A model generated the notes under the pieces. That model was not told the DNA's origin, did not search any database, and was given only the letters and a program-made list of their open reading frames with translations. From Eledone cirrhosa (Eukaryota), in the NCBI GenBank assembly GCA_964016885.1, contig OZ024746.1, forward strand, positions 10,168,001-10,232,000: DNA of 64,000 bases, written 5' to 3'. Below, one piece after another: positions 29,168-44,840 of the stretch. Positions within the stretch are counted from its first letter, which is position 1. Each line of letters begins with the position of its first letter. The position numbers were made by a program, and so were the translations under genes.

Positions 29168-30269
29168 ATATATATATATATAAGGGCGGTGCCTCAGCAT
29201 GGCCTCAGCAGGATGGCTGAAACAGGTAAAAGAGTAAATATATTCATATGAATCACCATCAATATCATCATTATTTTACATCTGCTTATCCAATGGCTAA
29301 GACTTTTAATATATATATATGATAAACCTATATAATACAATTACAAGCATGACATAAAATGAAAAGAAAATTATACACCTGCACCCTCACACACCTGCAC
29401 TCTCACACACCCCAGCAATATGCTACTGTGTGGAGGGTAGATTGGCTGAGTGTTTTGATCTCCATTTGTGTCTTTGCATTGACATTGCCTAAGCAGCTGG
29501 TGATATTTGTTTATGTTCTGCATAAACAATATGCCCTACAGTTCAGTGGTTTCAAATGTGAAGATCAATGCAAAAGTTCTTTATTAGAACAAGCATAAGT
29601 TGCCATCATATTCACCTGTACATAGTGGGTTTTCAAAGGGTACAACATTTTACATAATGTACTCTGTAACTACATAATCATTTTAAAATTTCATCCCTTT
29701 ATGACAGCAAATTCTTTTCATTCTCCTTTACCACATCTTCTATGCTTCCAAATGGTAAAGTTACCTTCCCTGATAAATAATGGTTTCTTGAAAATTCCCT
29801 TTGTCTCAAAACTTATGCAATTTGTTTAAATAAAATATTAGCAACTGCAATCTTTAACTACCTCAGATATAAATGTAGAATATACATATTTTATATCAGT
29901 ATATTTCTGATTTAATATTTCATATACAAAGGCAACATTAATTTCTTAATGGGCAAATATGTTTATGCAGATGTACATAGCAAAAGTGTATGTAAATTAT
30001 ACAGAGCTGAAGGGAAACGAGATTTGAATTTCATAAATAATTTCTGAATATTTACACATTCTTATTATAAATATATGTATATATTTCATGTTTAAGCAGA
30101 CAATCTTCAAGCTATTCCTCTTAATTATTTCAGTATCCTTATAGTCTTGAAGCCATTTGCTTATGTTTCTACACTAGAGATAAGATTTGTCTCATTTAAT
30201 TCAATGGTTGACAATTGAATGAAGATTGTGTATGATAGTTTTGTCAAGAATATGACAATCTCTTTAGTG

Positions 30270-30602
30270 ATAACACCCAGTGCACTCTGTAAAGTGGTTG
30301 AAGATTTAGTGTTGACAATGTAGAGTAGAGAGGACTCTTTAGTTTTGTTGAGGACATGACAACCTCTCTAGTGCTGGTGCCCTGATAACATACACCCAGT
30401 ACACTCTGTAAAGGAATTGGTGTTAAAAAGGGCAACCAGCTGTAGAAACCTTACCAATATTTGCCATGTATGAGTGTGACATAGTGCTTGACCCATATAG
30501 GAGGCCAGTAACACTGAATAAGAACTGACTCGGAGCATGGCAAACTGTGTAACCCATGCAAGCATAGAAAGTAGACATAAAATGATGATGAAAATGACGA
30601 TG
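30270..30602 (+). mobile_element. Diverged RTE-type 3' UTR and tail
   Basis: cacccagtgcactctgtaaagtgg, ccagctgtagaaac, aacccatgcaagcat, (TGA)n. Confidence 0.65.
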
Positions 30603-31456
30603 TGGAGTTCACTTCCCAATGGAAACATTAATAGTTTCTAGTTGCCATGAGTGCAAAATTGTTTCAAAATTGGCTAAAATACATATATTATTCTATAAAC
30701 ATTTAAAACATAAAAGTGTTACCTTCAATTTTTGATTTGATGTATAGATTGGTATTTATGCTGTTGTTGCTGTTCCACATTAACTTAAAATCTATGGTCA
30801 GTCAATACTTTACTGTGGTAATGCAGTTTAACTCACCCTTCAAATGGTTTTAATAAAACTGATATTAATGTTAACATCTAGCTAGATGAAAAGATATTCT
30901 GCTAAAACTAGAGTTTCAGAAAGACAACTTGAAAGATTCCATCAAGATGTTTTTGATATAATTTAGGCATTTATTGTGAATATTTTCTTTAATATTGAAC
31001 CACCACATGCTGAGAACCATCACATAAGTTTCTGATGATCTAAGTCCACGCCTTTCTTTTTAATTCCCAGTTTAAACCATTGAATTTCATTCATGAAATT
31101 AAAAGACCTCCAAGGAAAGTATAATTGTCATGACATTACATTTTCCCCCTTATAAATCCAAAGCTAAACAAAACACTGAATCCTAGCCATGGCTCTAATA
31201 TGAAGGAAACTATGGTTAGTAATATTTCTATATTATCTGAACAGCTGGACCAGCTCAGGAATACCAGGAATAAGCTGTTGAAATACTTGTTGGTGCAGTT
31301 TGTTCTCGGGTAACTGTATTGCACAGGAAATATTGCAAAAGTTATTAAGGGTTGTTTCCAGGCATGAGGGTATATATTGTCAAACTTACAACCTGTTTTA
31401 GACAGTAGATATGTTGTATGCCTGGACATATCAAATGAGTACAGAGAAATTATTGA

Positions 31457-31587
31457 CAAATACAATTTGTCAATATGGTATTGAAGTACAGATACAATTT
31501 GTCAATATGGTATTGAAGTACAAATACAATTTGTCAATATGGTATTGAAGTACAAATACAATTTGTCAATATGGTTTTGAAGTACAA
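31457..31587. repeat. 32-bp minisatellite, about 4 copies
   Basis: Unit aaatacaatttgtcaatatggtattgaagtac. Confidence 0.9.
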
Positions 31588-31836
31588 TTTTGTTTCCTAT
31601 TCACTAGTTATTAATCCCATGAGAAAACATCTGTATTATATGAAATACAACATATATGGTGAAAACTTTAACAAAATTATCAATGATTGTAATTCATATG
31701 ATGTTTATTTTGACACTTAAATTGCCACAAAGGAAACAATATATTTATTTATCCTTGTTTGTTTATTGTTGTTATTCTTTAAAGCTATTCATTTTTTTAA
31801 TGACAAATAATTTTCTTTTTTAATCATTCTACTTAG

Positions 31837-31959
31837 GAGTCTCACAAGCATATGGATGAGGATGCTGATTTTGAAGCTGAACTTGAGGCTCTCAGCAAAG
31901 CACAAGAGCAAGCAGCACTTAACAATTTAAAAAATCCCAAAACTATACAAGAAATAGAG
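31837..31959 (+). CDS. Internal coding exon B (ESHKHMDEDADFEAELEALSKAQEQAALNNLKNPKTIQEIE), phase 0-0
   Basis: Polypyrimidine tract plus acttag|G acceptor, donor GAG|gtataa, 123 nt open, coiled-coil-like. Confidence 0.8.
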
Positions 31960-34253
31960 GTATAATATCATCATCTAATATCTTGATTCATTATTTAAAT
32001 ATCACCGAACCTAAATCTCTTCTCTTTCTCAATTGAAAGGCATGAGATACTGTTCAATTAATTTCATTCAACAAATTCATTGTTTTATATAACATTATCT
32101 AACGCCCATGTGTATATGCAAATGTATATTTTATTTTTCAAAGAAAAGATAAACAGCAACTTCAAAATTTTGCCTGTGATTGCTTTTGAAATTTTCCAGC
32201 AGTCTGACTATGGCAACCACAAGCAAAACTTCAATGTCACTATCAATGCTTTCTTTGTAAAATAAAATTTATTGTTTTTATGTTGCTTGTAAATCAAACA
32301 TATTCATTATGCACATCTATTTATCCATCTTGCTATCTCTTTCTCAAGTTGGTACTGAGTTAAAAGCTTGTTAGACTGAACTTTTTCTTCAAATTATATG
32401 TATTTAACAAGAGAAATAAAGATGTCAAAATAATTTTACTCTAAAAATGTAAAAATATAGGAAAGAATAATTCTTCACTATTATATAATAAAACAATGTA
32501 GAATTGATACTATAAATTATAAATTTAATAATTAAGGCAAACCTTTGTATATGTAAAGCTTTCTATGGCTGGGTGTCTTTCCTATGTTCCTATATAAAGT
32601 CAATCTCTGGAAATCAAACTTATAAACTTAGGTGTGTACATCTAGATAATAAAAGAATAAAAAGAAAAGAATAAAATTATACCTGACTGATCTGAAGATT
32701 GAACTCACAAATGTTGCATCATTAACAGAACACTCTAATAATATGATAATAATAATGAAAATTATTGTGACAGTGCTCAGATGGATTACAACTTATCAAT
32801 AATCTACTGAGGTAACCAGTGTTTCATTGTTTTGACTTTAGAAATTAAGGAGTAGATGGAACACATACACAGACAAATATTTAGAAATAAATCATGTGTG
32901 TGTGTAAATGCAATGTTGAAGATATAGGTTTCCATACACAAGTTGGTTACTGTTGCTGCTACTACTACTACGACTACTACTAACAAATACATATACTTAC
33001 AACAGCATGCACATACATAATACAACACTTATACACACTGAACACATAGACACAATAGCTAACAATAAAAGTTGGCTCACCAGAAGCATTTGACTTTTCC
33101 TACTAAACCCCACAATGTAGCAAAGAGCATTCTACTTGCTATCTTATATGATCTGCTTAATATGTTACTATTGGTTAACATTGACACAACTTTCAAGTGG
33201 AGCTTACTATAATATGAGAAATAATACACAAATGGAAGATTGAGAAGTACATGAAAGCATTTTGCCGTGACTCCTCAAAATGATTCCACATCATTGTCAT
33301 TGTTCCACTATTAAGATGGCTGCATAATATTGTCACATTATACACACAGACACCAGCAGATTTCATGAATATTCTTATATTATACATGATACAAACATAC
33401 AAGTGAACTTCATACTATGAACTCTATAGTATTCATATAATGCTATGTAAACATCATACCTGTTATATGTTCAATATTTTTTATGTACTACAATGTCCAT
33501 TATATGAATTTACAGTATTCCATTGCTATCAATAAATAGTTGAAGGTAGACCAGGTTTATTCCTCTTTCTTCATTATTTATTCAGTATCAATCAATTCCT
33601 TGGAGAAATTGCCTTTATAACATATCTAAATGATTATCCAAGCATTCCTTTTGATCTTGATCGAGATGAATGTTTGTAAATACTAAAACATCAAGTGTAT
33701 CCATGACCAAACAATAAAATAATGACAAAAGATGACATAATAAAAGTAATGTGTCTAATAAGGTATAGAGACCTAAAATAAATTATAAAAGAAAGGGTGA
33801 CTCTGATATTAAACAATAAAATAGCCACTGTCTCTAATGAAATATAACCAGCATATGTGATAACATATCTATATTGGAATTAAAAGGATACAGCATTTCA
33901 CGAATACATGTTTGGTTGTTGCTTTTGTTGTTGTTATCATTTAGTCCCCAGGCCAGACCTGATAGCAAAGTCATGTGATTAAAGATATTCCAGCTGTGAC
34001 AACCCATTATTTTATCTATAGTTAGGACTATAATGAGCCACTGGACTACAATGTCTTGATTGGCAGAGTTGTTAGTGCAGGCGTGGGCAACCAAGCAGTT
34101 GGTCGCATGGGATGTGGCTCATCATAAGGCAATCTTTAAATTAGGCATGCTATTCAGAAAGCCAATCAGACCACATGCAGCTGGTGGGCCACAATTTTCC
34201 CATCACTATATCAGAGTGTGGATTAAATGTTTTGGTAATTGTTCTGGGCCTTC

Positions 34254-34479
34254 TTAACCTTTTAGCATTCACATTACTCCATATTTACTATTGTATTTTC
34301 ATGGTAAACACTTTATTTCACATAATTATCTCACATATCAAATCTACGAGATTTTGATATTATATATTTTGAGAACAATACCTAAACATCAGTATGAGTG
34401 GCCGGTTATGGCCAGTTTGAACAGAAAGAAGTGAGAGAATTCTGGCCGTATACGAACAGTTTAAATGCTAAAGGGTTAA
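34254..34479. mobile_element. piggyBac-like MITE (TTAA ends, tttagcatt TIR)
   Basis: ttaaccttttagcatt ... aatgctaaagggttaa; second copy in opposite orientation at 11675-11890. Confidence 0.7.
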
Positions 34480-35207
34480 ATGCCTGGGTATTTGTTCTGG
34501 GCTCACTTAATCAAACTTAGTGACTCCCTAAATAAGGCAAGTAACAACCTGAAATAAGTAATCAGCACAACATGATCAACTAAAACTTTTGAAGGCAGTC
34601 TCCCAGCATGGCTGCAGTCTAATCACAGTAAAAGGGTTGTAATAATATATGAACAATGATATATTTTATTATACAGCTCTTCTTATAATTTGATAAACCA
34701 TGTTTTGGTTTTCTAAATTGTTTCTGCACATTTTACTACTTAATTAGTGATGACCATATACCTATCATCATACCAGAATTTGGTAACCCTGTCATTAACA
34801 ACTAAGAAATGAAAAAAATCATAAACATTGATATTGTATGTTTTCTTCCATTTATATATACAGTATATATTAATTAAAGATTAATTAATCTCTAATACCC
34901 AAACATCTCAATGAAAGAAATCTCTCAGAGAAGCAATATTATATATTAAAATTAAATGAGAAAAAAACTCTAATTCTGGGAGTATGGCAGATTCTTCAAT
35001 TATTGGTGGTTCCAATAATAATTCTTCCCCAGGGAGATCGTTATATAAGCAAAGTTAGATAGAATAATGATTTTGTTTATCTTGTTTATACTCCCAGAAT
35101 TAGGGTTTTCCTCATTTAATTTTAATATATATATATATAATTAAAATAACAGCTGCTTTCACCCTTAACAGAATCTTTGCTTAAACTTTAATCTGTTATT
35201 TTAATAA

Positions 35208-35363
<156 letters not shown>

Positions 35364-35365
35364 TA

Positions 35366-35708
35366 GGAGGCACATGGCTTAGTGGTTAGAGCATTGGCCT
35401 TGCAATCGAAAGGTTGTGAGTTCAATTCTCAGACCGGGTGGTGTGTTGTTTCCTTGAGCAAGACACTTTATTTCACATTGCTCCAGTTTACTCAGCTGTA
35501 GAAATGAGATGATAGGACTGGGGTCCCTATCATTCCACTGCAAAGTGGTGGTGCGGGTGCCACGGCAAAAAAGCACCCAGCACTCACTGTAAATGAGGTT
35601 GGTGTTAGGAAGGGCATCCAGCTGTAGAAATAAAGCCAGAATCAGTTCCCGTTCCACCCCTGCAAGCAGGGAAAAGCGGACATAAAATGATGAATGATGA
35701 ATGAATGA

Positions 35709-35711
<3 letters not shown>
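35366..35711 (+). mobile_element. CORE-SINE family R, full length, about 100 bp upstream of exon C
   Basis: Homology to 14846-15185. Confidence 0.9.
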
Positions 35712-35762
<51 letters not shown>

Positions 35763-35807
35763 CATGTATATACATACTTTGACTAGTGTTTCTTGTTGTC
35801 CTTACAG

Positions 35808-36045
35808 GAAAAGCCATCAATAGTGATGACAACAGTCGCCGACACGATGCCTCCTATCAATACAGGAGACACACTTGAAGTGACTTGCATGGAAGAAAAT
35901 GAAAATGAATTGAAAGTGAGAAATGCTGTAACTAAGCAGATTTCACTGCCTCCAAATTTTACCTTTAATGTAAGACCGCCAAGTGGTGAGCCCCAATTGC
36001 TCGATGATAATGATGATGCTACACCAGGAACAAGTACTGGAATAG
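35808..36045 (+). CDS. Internal coding exon C (EKPSIVMTT...GTSTGI), phase 0-1
   Basis: Acceptor tgtccttacag|G, donor ATAG|gtaatt, 238 nt; lies within track ORF 35793-36092. Confidence 0.85.
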
Positions 36046-38899
36046 GTAATTTTATTGTTGAATTCTTTAATGGTTTTTGTTGTTTTCTTTAATAGTATTT
36101 TGAATGAAGGAATATTTTGCTGCTCTCCTATTTTAGAACTTATAAATCAATTACTTGTTTTTGTTTTGTATTTTTTGTGGGGGTGGGGTATTTTGTTGTT
36201 GTTGTTTTTTGTTTTGTTTTGTTTTTTTCAATATAAGATTTAGATAATTATGGGTTGATAAGTTAAGATTCTGAATTAGATGGGTTCAAATACTGATATT
36301 TACATTTGCTGTAGTTACAAAACATTTTACCATGAAGAAGAATTTATACTTGTTTTTCACGAGGTTACCACAGTCAGAGATGCATATCTCAGGGTTTACA
36401 GGTTACCACAGTCAGAGATGCATATCTCAGGGTTTGCAGAGACAAATGCTCACTTTTTGTACTGGTTACTATTGAGACTTCCAGTGTACTCCCCAGATGG
36501 GTGATTTCTTCTGCCAAATCAGGATGAGGGCATCACAACTAAGGAAGGAGGTCTCAAGTGTGGAATGGCTGATGCAGCAGGTATACATGCACACACACAT
36601 ACACACACACACACACACACGTGTGTGTATGTGTGTGTTGACTATCAAAGTATTTATGAATGACAAAGAGAAAAAAAGCCGTGGGTGAAATGGGGAAGGA
36701 GAAAACTTTATACGCTTGGCTAAATGGTATATCTCGGTTTCTGCAAAAAACAGCCAGCAATATCCACTACATCAGCCACTCCATATCATGAGGCTCTTTC
36801 CTCAGTCGTGATGCCCTCACTCTAATTTGACAGAAGAAAATAACCATCTGGGACGTAAGGATACTGAAGATCTCAATGGTGACCTGTACAAAAAAATACA
36901 TTTGTCTCTGTAAACTTTCTAATATATATCTCTGTTGAGAAACAAATATAAATCCTTCTTGTTGAGAATATAGATTTTTTTTTTAAATGTATCATAATTA
37001 TCTAAATCTTAAATTGAAAAAAAAATAAACCGATAAAAAAATTAAAACAACAAAAAGCAATAATAATACCCCAGCCCCCACAAAAAAATGGTTTGTAACA
37101 ACAACACTATTCCATACTACAATGAATAAAGGAATATAAAATTTAACGATAATTAACCTTGTCATCAATATTTGTATTCCACCATTTCATGGAGAAAAAG
37201 TAATCAACTTCATAAACTCTTTCTAACGAAATACACTGCATTTGGCTTAATTAATGAAGAATTTTGAGGGATTTATTATAATTAAGATAATGTTGATGGA
37301 AAACGAAATAATATATACTTTAGTTTTGAATACCAAATATAAAGTCAAGAAAAGGTAGGAAAAAACTAATCGTTCACTGATTTCTGATTAAAAAAACATT
37401 TTCCTGTCCTGTAAAATGTTGAACAACCACTTCATGATGTTGAGGGTAATTTGTGAGAAAGAAAGACAAAAGCAAAATTAAGTAATGAGCAAGGGGTAAG
37501 GAAGGGCAGATTGGGTTGTATGGGAAAGTAAAGGACTAAGATAATATTTGTAACTCAACTTATCAAAAGGTTCCTGCAGCAAATTGTGTAGGAAGATTTT
37601 AGTTTAAATAGGAACCATTTGTTTCATAGAACCAGAAGCAGGTTTGGGCAGGTTGGTATCAAAAGGATGAACAGATCTAAAGTCTTCAATACTCTCTACT
37701 AGTTTACCATACTACCGATGGCAAGTGTTTTGAAACCATTTTCCTTGTTAAAACAAGGGTTAAACTTATGGCCCCTATGACAAGATTAATCATACTCATC
37801 ATGCAGTCCTTTATGAAGCAATGTTTTATGTCCAGATGCTCTTCCTGGTACTAAACACTTTTAGTTTCCTCATATGACATACAGGGAGGAGTGACTAGAA
37901 AGTTTGTCTAAGAAGAGCATCTAAACATAGAATAATACTTCAAAAAGGATGTCATAATGAGTACAAATCTTACTACATAAATAATTGTCATATCTTTGTT
38001 CATTTGAAATTTTTTTTACTTCAAAATCACTCGATTAATTTCATTTTTTCTTTTTTCAATATCACAATAATCATAATTTTATTGCTCCTTGTTGTTTTCC
38101 TCCCAGAACTTCCTACTCAGGGTTTTGCTCTCCAGCTACTTATATGTAACAACATTCAGTTTAGAACTGAATGTTAGCCATACTAACTTCACACCAGTTA
38201 GAACGAGCTCAAAATGGCTAGAAACAGTCTTTCTACCATTTGTATCCCAAACCCTCATACAATATATATATATATATATATATATATTGAGAAAACTCAT
38301 CGCTAGAAAGCTGCTAAAGCAGCTTACTGTTGTCTTCTGGGGTATTTTTGCCTATCACTGTCACTGCGGCTTTCTAGCAATGAGTTATTTTCATTTTTAT
38401 ATGAATTCAAATACACTCTCAATTTGTCTCAATCAGAGACAACAATGTTATTCTTACATATATATATGCTAGAAAGGACATCTTGAAGAAACCATGCCAA
38501 ACAAACGACTGAGAGAACTCTTCATTCATGTGAATGACATAACAACCTCCCTAGTGCTGGTGCCATAATAAAATATAAAGTAGAAACAATATCAAACTGG
38601 AATGTGTGTGAGGTGTCACTCCTGGCTCATTAAGAAAGACAGTAACTCCAGTTAGTCTGTAATTATTGAAACTACAATATGAATGGTAGACAGTGTGTAA
38701 CTTAATTCTTTTAACCTCAATGAGGATTATGAGCCAAATTTTAATAATGTTACTAGAATTATCTTGTTATGTATGTATTAATTGACTCCAAAATAGTTAA
38801 GGATTAAGAATTAAGGTTCAATTCAATCCTTTTTGTTGTATTTCATGTATTAATGTTGTCAAAACCAGTAATAATAATTGCTAATTATTTTAATTGCAG

Positions 38900-40227
38900 G
38901 TCTTTATTATGGTCCTGAATGTTCATCTCTAGCAGTGGACAACTCAGCTTTTCAAATGATGTGTCCGACAACATACAGTTCATCAACATCATCAAGCTCA
39001 GGATCAAATAGTGCTTTGAAAGGAGTATATTTACAGACAATTCCTATTGATCGACCAGACCAAGATCTGGAACAAATAAAACAATTAACTGCTATACCTA
39101 GGAGAAATTCCCTTAAGTGGCCATGGAATTTTGTCAATCAAAGTTTTCCTAATGTACAACATTCTTCTGATGGAGAGTTTGATCCAAGACACAGTTCTCA
39201 ACAACATGCACGTTCACACCCTCACCTCGGGCATAATTTTAATTTTGTAGATATAAACAAAGTTGACTCACCTTCTAAACGCCATTCACGTCATTTACTT
39301 CGGAGTCAAAGTACTGGAGCCAAATATACAAGAATCAGAGATAAATTCTTAAAAACGAAGTGTGCATCAACAGAAGATAGTACAGTTGCACTTTTTCATT
39401 CAAAACAGCAGTCAGGTTCTGCTTATGGACAAGATTCAGTGGAGTCAGCATCTGAGTTTGATGAAACAATGTCAAATGATTGGGCTGATGAAGAAGCTGA
39501 ATGTGATGAAGAGGTTAAAAAAATCACTGGGGAAGAGGAGGATGATGATGTGAAACCAACACTTAGTGTTTATGCATCACAAGAGTCTGAAAATGTATTC
39601 TCAGAACTTTCACAGCATTCTCCCTCAAATTTGCTGACTCTAACAGAGATAAGTGACAGCACACGGCTGCTTCACAACATAGATTATAACACTCAACACT
39701 CACAACAGTGTCAATTAAAAACTGGTACTGCCACCTCTAGCCGAGAAAACAATTTGCACATGTTAGACTATCCTTACCATTCTCGAGGAGGAAGCAGTCA
39801 ACCAGGAATTGATAATTCTAGTTTTGTTTTGGGGGAGATATCAAATAACTCAAATGATACGGAGGGGGCTGCTGGAACAGGTTCGTCTCTTTTGGAATCC
39901 CAATCGACGCACTCTGACATAGAACTTGCTGCCGAATCCAAAGACATTCTCCCAACTGCCACCATAAAAACAAGTAATGTTACAAGCAGCCCAAGCAATG
40001 TTTATATCAGTGACAATACTTCTGTTCCCAGCACATCAGTAGGGTTAACTAATTTGCCTGCTGAGGAGATGCACTTGATGGTGCCATCATCACAGCAACA
40101 GGTGCAACATTCTATTCCAACACTGCCCTCCCGTAGACTTAGCTGTGTCAGTTCAACAAGTTCTTCACATGAACAATTTTATGATAGTGCCACTAACCCT
40201 GGTTATCAAGGTGATGAACTTGTATGA
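38900..40227 (+). CDS. Terminal coding exon D: about 440 aa Ser/acidic-rich, probably disordered C-terminal tail ending ...GYQGDELV*
   Basis: Acceptor ttttaattgcag|GT in phase 1 completes a Gly codon with exon C; long non-repetitive ORF 38878-40227 ending in TGA. Confidence 0.9.
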
Positions 40228-40809
40228 CAAATGCTTTTCTTCTTTGTGTCCATTGTATTTCATTGTCTATCTAACACCTACCAACCTATTTATTTATTTA
40301 TCCTCTTCAAATACTCCTTAATGTTTTATTTGTTTCAATTTTCAATTACCTACTGTTTGAAGTTTTGTTATTTTCTTTATTTTCTCATAACTGCAACAGT
40401 TTCATCAGTACCCTTCAATATTTCTTTCTGCTTTTGTTTTGCAAATATTTCTAGGTTTTTAAATATCTATTTTGTTAGAATGTTTCCTTTACATCGATAT
40501 TCCTGGGATTTTCTACAAAAAAATTCTTCAAAGGAAAATTATGAAAGAAGAAAAAGCAAGCAAGACATAAAATACTGTATGATGAATTTAAAAGAAAAAT
40601 ATGAAACAACTGTCTTCACTTGAAATATTTTAATGAAAGAATATATATGAGATATCTCTTGAAGAAATTAGATAAATAAGAAAGAAGAAATTAACACATG
40701 GTCAATCACTCAAAGCAAAACTAGTAAAGTTTCATAAATTTCTTATATAAATATTTACCATCCGTTAGCAAAATGTGAGGCCAAGCTCATGTTATCCAAT
40801 AGGTTTATA

Positions 40810-42214
<1,405 letters not shown>

Positions 42215-42295
42215 TTATTCCGGGTTGAATCGGAGGTAACCACAGTAAGTAAGGTACTCAATACATAGCAGAGTATAACAGTTTTAATATAGATG

Positions 42296-42346
42296 AGATT
42301 CTATAGGACTAGAACTGTTTCATTCATTAGAAATCATCAGGAATCT
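42296..42346 (-). ncRNA. Hammerhead, opposite arm of the 42280-42617 palindrome (one stem III mismatch)
   Basis: Reverse complement of 42551-42601 except ctg>cta. Confidence 0.7.
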
Positions 42347-42550
42347 GGGTATCAAAAAATAAATATGGTATTTATAGGTCTCTACAAGTGGTAGGAGAGG
42401 GTGGGGAGTGGGATGGGTGCAGGTCATTGGGTGATAGAGAAGGGAATGAATTCCCTTCTCTATCACCCAATGACCTGCACCCATCCCACTCCCCACCCTC
42501 TCCTACCACTTGTAGAGACCTATAAATACCATATTTATTTTTTGATACCC

Positions 42551-42601
42551 AGATTCCTGATGATTTCTAATGAATGAAACAGTTCTAGTCCTGTAGAATC
42601 T
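42551..42601 (+). ncRNA. Type I hammerhead, predicted GUA cleavage site
   Basis: agattc-CTGATGA-tttctaatgaat-GAAA-cag ttctagtc ctg-TA-gaatct. Confidence 0.8.
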
Positions 42602-42951
42602 CATCTATATTAAAACTATATGTATATATATGTATATATATATATATATATATATGTATATGTATATATGTATATATATGTATATATATATGTATATGTA
42701 TATATGTATATATATATATGTATATATATGCATATATATGTCTATATATATATGTATATGTATATATGTATATATATATATATGTATAGGTATATATATG
42801 CATATATATGTCTATATATATATATATATAGTTAGGGAAGCAGGAAAATGCTTATTGTGATCCAGTTCGTGGTTAAGAAACGGTCGTAAATACCTGGATA
42901 AAATCCTTTTCTTACCTGTGTTTTCTCTTTTATACTATATATATATATGTG

Positions 42952-42986
<35 letters not shown>

Positions 42987-42999
42987 GCATATATATGTC

Positions 43000-43032
<33 letters not shown>

Positions 43033-43051
43033 GTATATATGTATATATATG

Positions 43052-43082
<31 letters not shown>

Positions 43083-43147
43083 GTATATATGTATATATGT
43101 ATATATATATACGTATATATGTATATATGTATATATATGTATATGTA

Positions 43148-43238
<91 letters not shown>

Positions 43239-43418
43239 GTATATATATATATATACATATATATACTTATATATATAGACACACTCACATATATGTATGT
43301 ATACACACATACGAATGCATGTGCAGATGCATACATGCACATATATACACAGACATAGATGTATATCTTTTGGGAACTGGTCAAAACCAGTTATGTTGCA
43401 TAAACTCTATACTCACTT

Positions 43419-43523
43419 GAAGAAGAAGAAGAAGAAGAAGAAGAAGAAGAAGAAGAAGAAGAAGAAGAAGAAGAAGAAGAAGAAGAAGAAGAAGAAGAAG
43501 AAGAAGAAGAAGAAGAAGAAGAA
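43419..43523. repeat. Pure (GAA)n microsatellite
   Basis: About 105 bp uninterrupted. Confidence 0.95.
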
Positions 43524-44068
43524 AAAAAAGCTAATTTTTTTTTTTTAAATAATAAATTAAAAATTAAAATTAACTTTACACACAATTTTTGTAGAAAACC
43601 ATGCACAAAAGTCTTTCAAAGTATTGTTACTATAAGAAATAAGTTTGATTAATAATTAACTGTTTCAGTTATATCTTTATACTTTATACAAAGTATTCTG
43701 CCATTATGATTGAACATAGAATGAAATTAGAAACCAAAGACTCAACCAAAATGTAGTGGGGGAGGGGAGGAAAAACTGGAAATTGTACAGAAAAAAAATC
43801 ACAGAAATGGTTTGTTTTTGTTTTTGTTTTGTTTTTTGTTTTTCTCTCCAACCACAATGTTAACATATGAAGCAAATCTTTTTTGCAAGTTTTTTTTTTT
43901 CTTTTCAATTAAATTCTATGCCAGTATTGAATAGTGATATTTGAGCATGCACAAATTATTATTGAATTAACACATTTTTACAACTCTTTTTACAAAATGT
44001 ACAGAATAAAAATGAAAAAAACTAAAGTGATATATCCATTATATTTATAGAATATATATATATAAGTA

Positions 44069-44189
<121 letters not shown>

Positions 44190-44733
44190 TTAATAAAATC
44201 TTAGTTACAGTAGGATTATAATTATAATAATATTTAAGAATTAAAAATTATTTATATCAAACAATATCTAAATTTATATATATATATATTTATTTATTTA
44301 ATATTTACAAGCTATCAAGAATAAATTGTTTAAGAATTCTTTCCATTTCTTTTTAAATATATTTACTATATCAACCTTAGATGGAGTTTTAAAAAAAAAA
44401 AAAGGAATATATATAACAAAGTAAAAAAAAATGAAGCAATATTGAAATATTATAATTTATAATCAATTTTTTTGAATTTTCCTTAATTTTTTCTCTCTCC
44501 AAAATTTAGTTATGCATTATTTGTTATAACTTATAAGGTGCACTGAGTTATCTCCTTTCCTAGTATCAGATACCACGATCCTCCTTCCATTATATCTCAG
44601 AATCTATTCATCTAGCTTATTTATTCCTCTCTCTCTCATCATCATTTAACATCTGGAAAAATAGATGTTAAATGATGTATATATATATATATATATATAT
44701 ACATCATTTAACATCTGGAAAAATAGATGTTAA

Positions 44734-44771
<38 letters not shown>

Positions 44772-44797
44772 TTAACATCTGGAAAAATAGATGTTAA

Positions 44798-44840
<43 letters not shown>

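Noticed and set aside
31457-31587. CRISPR-like 32-bp repeats
   Set aside because: Units are contiguous with no spacers, no cas genes, eukaryotic context
42850-42900. GAAACGGTCGTA hammerhead-like 3' half
   Set aside because: No upstream CTGANGA or matching stem I
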